DNA of 63,412 nt, the filler included, from Chrysochromulina tobinii (taxonomy: Eukaryota), in assembly GCA_001275005.1 (NCBI GenBank). It is 9 parts of 9 records of this genome, joined end to end, with 100 filler letters (N's around TTAATTAATTAA, not from the genome) between each part and the next. Parts side by side here need not be neighbours in the genome. Positions count along the whole stretch, not along the records: positions 32,377 to 36,812 come from JWZX01000250.1; positions 36,913 to 50,393 come from JWZX01000251.1; 7 more parts are not named here. One strand, written 5' to 3'. Made by a program: the position numbers and the translations under genes. This document shows, piece after piece, positions 32,377 to 41,728 of this stretch. Position 1 is the first letter of the stretch. Each line of letters starts with the position of its first letter. Below the pieces are notes generated by a model, which worked only from the letters and a program-made list of their open reading frames with translations, made no database searches and had not been told where the DNA came from.

Positions 32377-35300
32377 TCGGATCGCACACCGAGAGGGTAC
32401 CGAGAGGGCCGCCGAGGGGCGGCCACAAGGCGGTCGCATGCCGCGCGCGCGCGATCGTCGCAGACCGCTACTGATCCCATCGCAGGCCGATCGCCGCGGT
32501 GGCTCATCATCTCAACTATGATTGCATCATGGATTACCATCGTGACTGTGCTCACCGACCGGGCTATCGAAAGGCAGCCGCGCACGACGATCGCAGTGTA
32601 CCGCCCGCTACGTGCGAATCAGAGGCTAAGTGCCAGTGATGGCTCATCAACCTGATCGTGATTGCATCATGATTACGTCATGATTGCTCACTGAGGGGGG
32701 CGCCGAGAGGCGGCCAGCGCCTCGCTCGCGCGCAACGCGAGCCGACCGCCCGCTACGAGCGAATCAGGGATGAGTGCCAGTGATGGCTCATCAACCTTAA
32801 TCAACCTGATCATGATCGCATCATGATTACGTCGTGATTGCTCACCGAGGGGCCGCCGAGAGGCGGCCAGCGCCTCGCTCGCGCGCAACGCGAGCCGACC
32901 GCCCGCGACGAGCGCATCAGAGGCGGAGTGCCAGTGATGGCTCATCAACCTTGATCAACCTGATCATGATTACATCATGATTACGTCGTGATTGCTCACC
33001 GAGGGGGCCGCCGAGAGGCGGCCAGCGCCTCGCTCGCGCGCAACGCGAGCCGACCGCCCGCTACGAGCGCATCAGGGATGAGTGCCATTGATGGCTCATC
33101 AACCTTAATCAACCTGATCATGATCGCATCATGATTACGTCGTGATTGCTCACCGAGGGGGCCGCCGAGAGGCGGCCAGCGCCTCGCTCGCGCGCAACGC
33201 GAGCCGACCGCCCGCGACGAGCGCATCAGAGGCGGAGTGCCAGTGATGGCTCATCAACCTAATCAACCTGATCATGATTGCATCACGATTATATCGTGAT
33301 TGCTCACCGAGGGACTGCCGAGAGGCGGTCAGCGCCTCGTTCGCCCGCTTACCAGCGATTCAGAGTCTGAGTGCCTTGGATGGCTCATCAATAGCTCACA
33401 CCAACCTGATGTCATGAGTGCATCATGATCACGTCATGATGGCTCACCGAGGGGGCTGGCGAGGGGCAACCAGCGCCTCGCTTGCGCGCAACGCGAGCCG
33501 ACCGCCTACCGACCGCCCGCTACGAGTGAATCGGAGGCTGAGCGCCAGTGATGGTTCATCAGCCTGATCATGATTGCATCACGATTACGGCGTGATCGCT
33601 CACGACAATGGGCCGCCGAGAGGCGGCCCTCGCTTGATCGCGCGATACGTGTGCCGACCGCCCGCTACGAGCGCATATATAGGAGAGTGCCAGTGATGGC
33701 TCATCAACCTTAATCAACCTGATCATGATTGCACCACGATTACATCGTGATTGCTCACCGAGGGGGCTGCCGAGAGGCGGCCAGCGCTTCACTCGCGCGC
33801 CACGCGCGCCGACCGACTGCTCACAAGCGAACCAGAGGCTGAGTGCCAGCGATGGCTCATCAACCTGATCATGATGGCTTCATGATTACATCGTGATTGC
33901 CCACCGAGGGGCCTCCGAAGGGCTGCCGAGAGGCGGCCCGCGCCTCGCCCGCTGACCACGCGCGCCGACCCCCCCCTAACGAGCGCTTCGGAGGCTGAGT
34001 GCCGGTGTTGGTTCATCAGCCTGATCATGATGGCATCATGATTACATCCGGATCACCCACCAAGGGGCTACCGAGGGTACCGTGATGGCTCATTGAAGGG
34101 GTGCCGAGAGGCGGCCCGCGCTCCGCTCACTCGCTGCGCGACGATTGTACACCTCAGCGTATACCGGCAGACCACGCCGCACCGCACCGCACCGCTCCGC
34201 ACCGCACCGCATAGTAACGACGCGCGAGATGCGTCGACGGCCCGCTACCGATCCGCGATCGCGTAGCAGGCGGATTGTCCGCAATGGCTCATCATATCAA
34301 TCATGAGTGCATCATGATTACCTCGGATCGCACACCGAGAGGGTACCGAGAGGGCCGCCGAGGGGCGGCCACAAGGCGGTCGCATGCCGCGCGCGCGCGA
34401 TCGTCGCAGACCGCTACTGATCCCATCGCAGGCCGATCGCCGCGGTGGCTCATCATCTCAACTATGATTGCATCATGGATTACCATCGTGACTGTGCTCA
34501 CCGACCGGGCTATCGAAAGGCAGCCGCGCACGACGATCGCAGTGTACCGCCCGCTACGTGCGAATCAGAGGCTAAGTGCCAGTGATGGCTCATCAACCTG
34601 ATCGTGATTGCATCATGATTACGTCATGATTGCTCACTGAGGGGGGCGCCGAGAGGCGGCCAGCGCCTCGCTCGCGCGCAACGCGAGCCGACCGCCCGCT
34701 ACGAGCGAATCAGGGATGAGTGCCAGTGATGGCTCATCAACCTTAATCAACCTGATCATGATCGCATCATGATTACGTCGTGATTGCTCACCGAGGGGGC
34801 TGCCGAGAGGCGGCCAGCGCCCCGCTCGCGCGCAACGCGAGCTGACCGCCCGCTACGAGCGAAACAGAGGCTGAGTGCCATTGATGGCTCATCAACCTTA
34901 ATCAACCTGATCGTGATTGCATCATGATTACGTCATGATTGCTCACCGAGGGGGCTGCCGAGAGGCGGCCAGCGCCTCGCTCGCGCGCAACGCGAGCCGA
35001 CCGCCCGCTACGAGCGCATCAGGGGCTGAGTGCCAGTGATGGCTCATCAACCTAATCGTGATTTCATCATGATTACGTCATGATTGCTCACCGAGGGGGC
35101 CGCCGAGAGGTGGCCAGCGCCCCGCTCGCGCGCAACGCGAGCCGACCGCCCGCTACGAGCGAATCAGGGGCTGAGTGCCAGTGATGGCTCATCAACCTAA
35201 TCGTGATTTCATCATGATTACGTCATGATTGCTCACCGAGGGGGCCGCCGAGAGGTGGCCAGCGCCCCGCTCGCGCGCAACGCGAGCCGCCCGCCCGCTA

Positions 35301-36510
35301 CAAACGCATCAGAGGCTGGGTGCCAGTGATGGCTCATCAACCTGATCATGATGGCTTCATGATTACATCGTGATTGCCCACCGAGGGGCTACCGAAAGGC
35401 TGCCGAGAGGCGGCCCGCGCCTCGCTCGCTAGCCACGCGCGCCGACCGCCCCCTAACGAGCGCTTCGGAGGCTGAGTGCCAGTGGTGGTTCATCAGCCTG
35501 ATCATGATGGCACCATGATTACATCGTGGTTGCTCACCGAAGGGCCGCCGAGAGGCGGCCCGCACATGATCACGCGCCACGAGCGCTGCCCGCCCGCTAC
35601 GAATGCATCAGAGGCTGAGCGCCGTCGATGGCTCATAAAAACCTGATCATGATGGCATCATGAGTACGTCATGATTTCTCACCGCGGGGGCTGCCGAGAG
35701 AGCAAAAGCCTCGCTCACGCGTAGCTCACGCGAGCGACACAAGCGCCGTCCGCCTGCTACGAGCGCATCGGAGGCTGAGGGCCAGTGATGGCTCATCGAC
35801 CTGATCATGATTCCGTCACGATTACCTCGTGATTGCTCACCGAGGGGGCGCCAGTGATGGCTCATCGGCCTGATCATGATGTCATCATAATCACGTCATG
35901 ATTGCTCACCGAGGGAACTGCCGAGAGGCGGCCAGCGCCTCGCTCGCGCGCAACGCGAGCCGACCGCCCGCTACGAGCGAATCAGAGGATGAGTGCCCCT
36001 GATGGCTCATCAACCTGATCGTGATTTCATCATGATTACCTCGTGATCGCTCACCGAGGGGGCTGCCGAGAGGCGGCCAGCGCCTCGCTCGCGCGCCACG
36101 CGCGCCGCCCGCCGGCCACGAGCGCATCAGAGGTTGAGGGCAAGTGATGGCTCATCAACCTGATCATGATGGCATCATGATTACATCATGATTACCTCGT
36201 AATCGCTCACCAAGGGGGCCGCCGAGAGGCGGCCCCCCATGCTTCGCTCGCGGGCACGCGCCGCGCGCCGGCCGCCAATTAACGGTTGCAACACCGGCTG
36301 AACGCTTGTGATGTGGCTCATCATCTTAATCATGATTACATCATGATTGCTCATCGAGAGGGGCTGCCGAGAGGCGGCCCACGCTTCTACACTCGCGCGA
36401 GGCACGTGCGCCGACCCCCCCTAACGAGCGAATCTACAGAGGCTGCGTGCCCCCGAACCGATCATGATTGCATTATGATTACATCGTGATTGCTCACCGA
36501 GGGGGCTGTC
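32377..36510. repeat. Satellite array, ~144-155 bp monomer, roughly 25-30 copies
   Basis: GTGCCAGTGATGGCTCATCAACC recurs at 32630, 32774, 32928 and onward; the monomer continues TGATCATGATTGCATCATGATTACGTCATGATTGCTCACCGAGGGGGCYGCCGAGAGGCGGCCAGCGCCTCGCTCGCGCGCAACGCGAGCCGACCGCCCGCTACGAGCG. Confidence 0.95.
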
Positions 36511-37040
36511 CGCTGTGTCGAGAGGCGGCCCACGATGGCTGATCGCAACGTGGGTCGAGATGGTGCGAAGAGGGTTCGAAGATGGTGCCCCTCGCACGGG
36601 AGGTGGTGGAGCGCAACGTAGGCGCGTGGATCCGCGAGGTCCGCGCCCACGTCATGCAGTCCAGGGCCGCTCAGAGCCACAACTGTCGAGCGGAGGGAGA
36701 GAGCGCGCGCGCGCATACGCATGAAATCGGCGGGTGGCGTCGTGGCCTTCCGGACTCGACGGTCTGAGTCTGGCGGACCACGCGCCCATACCCTGTCAGA
36801 GCGTCCCTGGACNNNNNNNNNNNNNNNNNNNNNNNNNNNNNNNNNNNNNNNNNNNNTTAATTAATTAANNNNNNNNNNNNNNNNNNNNNNNNNNNNNNNN
36901 NNNNNNNNNNNNCGAGAGCGCCTCGGAGATCGAGATCGTGACCTCGCGGAGCATCGCGCCCCTCGCCTCGGAGATCGAGATCGTGACCTCGCGTAAGATT
37001 CTGATGACCTCTGATGACCTCTGATTACCATCCTCATCAG

Positions 37041-37119
37041 GTGCATTGCTCGCCTCCATTCGACCCTGATGACACTGATGACCTCACTGATGACCTCCCT
37101 TGATTGACTCCCTCATCAG
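37041..37119 (+). other. Repeat-built intron module (79 nt) directly preceded by another module ending at 37040
   Basis: GTGCATTGCTCGCC...CTGATGAC units...TGATTGACTCCCTCATCAG; the next exon starts GTGCACAACTCGCC. Confidence 0.65.
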
Positions 37120-38577
37120 GTGCACAACTCGCCGGGCGAGGACATCGCCGTCCTGCTGCTAGGGTGTGAAGAGCCCATGCTCAAGATGCTGATGACCCTG
37201 ATGACCTCACTGATGACCTCCCTGATGACCTCCCTTGATGGCCATCCCTAATTAGGTACGAAGAGCCCATGCTCAAGATGCTTCGCGAGGCCAACCCGGG
37301 GCTGCAGCGGCGCTTCTCACCCGAGTCCGCCTTCCACTTTGCCGACTTTTCGGACGGGCAGCTCGAAGAACTGCTGCACCGCACCGCCGCGGCCGCCGGG
37401 CTCAAATGGTCGAGCCGCAAGGTGCGCAAGGCCGCGCTCGGGTTGCTGATTCGAGAGCGGATCCAGCCCAACTTTGGCAACGCGGGCTCCGTCAACTCGC
37501 TCCTCGGGCGCGTCAAGTCGGCGGTGGCCGCGCGCGGAGATGCGCGCGAGATTATCCTCGCCGATCTGGGGCTCGATGAGAACGCGGCGGGCGGCAGCGC
37601 TAAGACCGAGGCCCTCCTCGCCGAGGTCGAGGCCGAGATGAGCGAGCTGTTCAAGGCGGAGCATCTGCGCGCTCACTTTAACGACCTGGCCGCGAGGCTC
37701 ACGACCCTCGAAAAGGATGGCGAGCTCGATGCATCTCGTCCCGCCGACAAGGTGGGCTCGTACGTCTTCGTGGGCAACCCGGGCACCGGCAAGACGACGG
37801 TCGCCAAGGTGCTCGCCAAGTGGTTACGCGCCAAGGGCGTGCTCGTGTCGGACGTCGTGGGCGAGGAGTCGGCGCTCAACCTGCAGGGCGAGTACCTCGG
37901 CCAGACCAAGGAGAAGGTCAACAAGCTCATGGCGTCGGCCATCGGGGGGCTCGTCTTCATTGATGAGGCGTACAATCTCGGCGGCTCGGGCGGCCGGCGC
38001 GTCTCACTCTATGCGCAGGAGGCGGTGGACCAGCTCACGTACTGCATGACGGAGGACACACATAAGGGGCGTACAATCGTGGTACTCGCCGGCTACGAGC
38101 GCGAGATGAATGAGATGCTTGCGAACGCCAACCCGGGCTTCCGCTCGCGCTTCAAGCAGCGCATCGTGATGCCTGATTGGGACGCTGCCGATGTGGTCGA
38201 GTACCTTCGGCGGCGGTGCACCAAGAAGGGCATCGTGCTCGCGGATGCCGCGCAGCGCGTGCTACTCGGTGGCATTGACGATGTGCGCGAGCGGCTTCTG
38301 ATTGCCGCTGATTGCCACGTACGGCCTCTGATGGCCTCTGATTGCATCTCATTGACACGCACTGCCTCTCGTGGTCACTGATTGGCTCCCTCATCAGGTG
38401 CGCAAGCGGCCCGGCTGGGCGAATGCGCGCGACGCGGAGAGGCTGTACGATGAGCTCGAGGGCTTGCGGGCTGTGCGGCGCGCCTCAGCTGGAGATGAAG
38501 AGGAGCGGCCGACCTTTACCGAGCAGGACGCGATCTCGGCGCTGCTCGCCTTCGACAAGCTGCGCCCACCCGCCTAA
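37120..38577 (+). CDS. CbbX/SpoVK-type multi-domain AAA+ ATPase, 5'-partial; exons 37120-37163, 37256-38282, 38398-
   Basis: Spliced IAVLLLG|YEEPMLKMLREANPGLQRRF, PNFGNAG; Walker A VFVGNPGTGKTT, GEYLGQT, Walker B VFIDEAY, VLAGYE, NPGFRSRF, PGWANARD. Confidence 0.8.
37164..37255 (+). other. Repeat-built intron (92 nt) with a 27-nt exon duplication
   Basis: 37164-37190 vs 37256-37282 match at 25/27; CTGATGACC units; ends TGATGGCCATCCCTAATTAG. Confidence 0.85.
38283..38397 (+). other. Repeat-built intron (115 nt) with a 13-nt exon duplication
   Basis: GTGCGCGAGCGGC vs exon GTGCGCAAGCGGC (12/13); CTGATTG/CTGATGG units; ends CTGATTGGCTCCCTCATCAG. Confidence 0.85.
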
Positions 38578-38948
38578 TATGGCAACAAGCGCTTACTTCC
38601 ACCTAATCCGCTCCTTGTCGACGCCGAGGGCGAGGAATTGGGCCTCTGGATGATCGCCGGCCCGAGCCGCCAAAGCGCGAGCTGGAGGTGGTGAAGGAGG
38701 AGGAGCGCATCCGTGAGGTCATCCAGGGCGGCGACGACGACAGCGACAAGGGGCCCATGGCCGTTGTGCCTGCGCTGGCCGAGGCGTGTGTGGAGCTGGG
38801 GTTCGCTTCTAGTGTGCTCCACAGACTTAAGGGATGTTAATTGTTATGATGACTTAAGGGAAGTTATGATAAAACAGCCTGCCGACACGAATAATCACAC
38901 GACGCGCACGCTAAAACTTGCCGAACTTGGAAAGCTGGTCCGCCGCAA

Positions 38949-41459
38949 ATGGTCCATTCGCTCGTCCACTCACAGCTCGACGGACGCAAACACGGCATGG
39001 GGAGTGGTCCAAGCTCCTCTGCGGCGCCATCGCGCCGAGCGGATGAGGCGCCGAAGTCCTCATCGGACGTTGCAAAGCTGATGAGCACGACCAATGTCGG
39101 AGCTTGTACTGCTGCCCACCGTCGGGTATCGACCACAAAGCGGCTTCCCATCGACCGTCGAGCAGCCGTCAGTTCTGAGCGCAGAGGCGACTCCAACGCC
39201 GAAATGCTTACGCTCACACCCAAAACAGCAGACATTTCCTGCTCGCTGCTCGCTGCAATTCGCTCACACGCACTCTTCGAACACCTCGAGCAGTCGCTAC
39301 TGAAGCGCTGCATCGACGCAATGACTGAGCAGGTGGTCGTGGCAGGCCAGGTGGTGATTGCACAGGGCGACCAGGGTGATCATTTTTACACCGTGCACTC
39401 GGGCATCTTCGAGGCCTTCGACGCGGTCAAGTGCACCGTGCTGCAGACGTTAGGCTGCCCGTCAAGCGAGCTCCGGTCGGCGGGGCATGCAGAGCCATCG
39501 CGGTGCTTTGGCGAGCTCGCTCTCATGTATGATGCCCCACGTGCGTGCTCGGTGCGCGCGCTCACTGACGGCGTTCTGTTTGTGCTGGAGCGGCGCGCCT
39601 TCCGTCTTCTGGTGATGGAGCACAATTCGAATCAGAAGCACGGCCTCGAGCGCCACCTTGCAACGGTGCCCATACTGCGAGAGTTGCAGCCGAAGCAGCT
39701 CTCTATGCTTGCGGAGGCGCTCGAGGTGGGTAACACCTTTTCCGACGGCGAGTACATCCTCGAGGTCGGCGCGACCGCCGATGCACTCTTCCTGCTCCTG
39801 GCTGGCGAGGTGGTGTGCCATCGTGAGGGCGGAGATAAGGAGCTGCTACGGCTGCGGCCAGGCGCGTTCTTTGGCGAATCGGCGCTCAGCGGCGTGGAGG
39901 CGAAGCGGCTCGCCAACGTGGTCGCCGTCGGCGAGGTGCGCGTGGCCAAGCTCAAAACCAAAGACTTACAGCAGATGGTGGGCTCGTCCGGAGTGGATGT
40001 ACTTCTCCAGCGCAACTTCAACCGCAAGGTCCTCGACAGTGTGGAGATGCTCGCGTTGCTCGATGAGGGCGAAAAGGAGTACCTACTAGACGCGCTGCAG
40101 GACGTGAGCTTCGAAGCTGGCCACACCGTGATCGAGCAGGGCATGGTCGGCACCGACCTTTACATCATCAAATCGGGGTCCGTCCAGGTGCTTCAGGCCA
40201 ATGGTGTGGGCGGCGCGAGCGGTGAACGCAAGCTCATCAACACCCTCTCGTCGGGTACGTACTTTGGCGAGCGCGCGCTGCTCATGGCTGAGCCATGCAT
40301 CGCCTCCGTCGTGACTGCCGAGGCGACAAAGCTCATGACGCTAAATAAGGAGGCCTTTGAGCGTGTACTAGGCCCGCTGCAGGAACTACTCACGCGCCGA
40401 GTCAAGGAGCGCGAGGCTCAGGCCAAGCGGCGGACGTGCTCGCCAATGGAGTTCAACGAGCTACATCCGCTCGCGGTGCTCGGAGAGGGTTCCTTCGGGC
40501 GGGTGCGACTCGTGAAGCACCCGTCGCCACCGCCGACTGGCAGGCCATTTGCCCTCAAGAGCATGCACAAAGGGCTGCTGCTCAAGCTCCGGCAGGTGGA
40601 GCACGTGATCAACGAGAAGCGTGTCCTCGCGAGCTGCAACCACCCGTTCATCCTGCGCCTCGAGGCGGTCTTCGTGACACCTGGCCAGGTGCACATGCTC
40701 CTCGAGGTTGCGCTTGGGGGCGAGCTTTTCACACTGCTCCGCCAGAACGGTCGGCTCGATGCACACCAGGCATTACTGTACACGGCGATGGTGACGAGCG
40801 CCTTCAGTTACCTGCATGCGCGCCAGATCGCTCACCGCGACCTCAAGCCCGAGAACCTGCTTTTCGACGCTCAAGGGTACTTGAAACTCGTCGACTTCGG
40901 CTTTGCAAAGGTGATCAAGGATCGCACGTGGACGCTGTGTGGCACGCCCGAGTACCTTGCGCCCGAGATTCTCTCCAACCAGGGCCACAGTTGGGCGGTG
41001 GACTGGTGGACGCTCGGCATTTTGCTGTACGAGATGCTCGTGGGCGAGCCGCCCTTTGTCGCAGACACGCCCGTCGAGACGTATAAGAAGATCGTGAGCG
41101 GCAAGTACAAGACTCCTTCGGCGTTGCCGCACACGACAAAAGACTTTATGGCGCGCCTGCTTGCACATTCGCCCGCGCTGCGCCTCGGCTGCACGCGCGG
41201 CGGCCCCAAGGAGGTGAGCACGCACCCCTTCTTCGGCAACCTCTCCTTCCAGGGCCTGCAAGCACGCAAGATCGCTATGCCCTTTGTACCACCACTCATC
41301 GGCCCGCTCGACACGTCCAACTTTGATGAGTATCCAGAGGAGGACGAGAACGCCAATGTGTGGGCTGCCTACGACGACGCCAATTTTGAGCCGCAGTGGC
41401 TAGCAGAGTTTAGCACGGGGACGCTCTTGCTGACAACTGAGAGAGAGGCGGAGATCTGA
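38949..41459 (+). CDS. Cyclic-nucleotide-dependent protein kinase (PKG-like architecture: 3 cNMP-binding domains + AGC kinase)
   Basis: FGELALMYDAPRACSV, FFGESAL...RLANV, YFGERAL; LGEGSFGRV, FALK, HRDLKPEN, DFGFAK, TLCGTPEYLAPE, DTSNFD tail. Confidence 0.92.
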   Translation: MVHSLVHSQLDGRKHGMGSGPSSSAAPSRRADEAPKSSSDVAKLMSTTNVGACTAAHRRVSTTKRLPIDRRAAVSSERRGDSNAEMLTLTPKTADISCSLLAAIRSHALFEHLEQSLLKRCIDAMTEQVVVAGQVVIAQGDQGDHFYTVHSGIFEAFDAVKCTVLQTLGCPSSELRSAGHAEPSRCFGELALMYDAPRACSVRALTDGVLFVLERRAFRLLVMEHNSNQKHGLERHLATVPILRELQPKQLSMLAEALEVGNTFSDGEYILEVGATADALFLLLAGEVVCHREGGDKELLRLRPGAFFGESALSGVEAKRLANVVAVGEVRVAKLKTKDLQQMVGSSGVDVLLQRNFNRKVLDSVEMLALLDEGEKEYLLDALQDVSFEAGHTVIEQGMVGTDLYIIKSGSVQVLQANGVGGASGERKLINTLSSGTYFGERALLMAEPCIASVVTAEATKLMTLNKEAFERVLGPLQELLTRRVKEREAQAKRRTCSPMEFNELHPLAVLGEGSFGRVRLVKHPSPPPTGRPFALKSMHKGLLLKLRQVEHVINEKRVLASCNHPFILRLEAVFVTPGQVHMLLEVALGGELFTLLRQNGRLDAHQALLYTAMVTSAFSYLHARQIAHRDLKPENLLFDAQGYLKLVDFGFAKVIKDRTWTLCGTPEYLAPEILSNQGHSWAVDWWTLGILLYEMLVGEPPFVADTPVETYKKIVSGKYKTPSALPHTTKDFMARLLAHSPALRLGCTRGGPKEVSTHPFFGNLSFQGLQARKIAMPFVPPLIGPLDTSNFDEYPEEDENANVWAAYDDANFEPQWLAEFSTGTLLLTTEREAEI

Positions 41460-41728
41460 TAGGGCAACATCGTGTGAGTGATGTGGGCTGTCTACTACTG
41501 TAGGCAGCCTGCGATGCTAACCTGCGAGGTGTTACCATTGACAGGGTGACATGTCTGAGCGAGAATGAGTGCATGGAATGAGTGATAGCTTAGTTAACGA
41601 GTCTGCAATGGGTTTGTTGATTCGGGATTACTGTGTAACCACATAGAAATTCAATTCACAATAGATTCACAGTATAGTTTCGTCAGTCGGGTTTCGTTCG
41701 CTCCGACCATTCACTAACTTTGGTGTCA

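Noticed and set aside
32377..36510. Possible CRISPR-like array
   Set aside because: Whole monomers are homologous with no unique spacers, and there are no cas genes; it is a satellite. Its short ORFs are spurious.
37269..38381. Rubisco activase cbbX
   Set aside because: CbbX-like fold, but a multi-AAA, intron-rich partial gene with no Rubisco context; orthology is unsupported.
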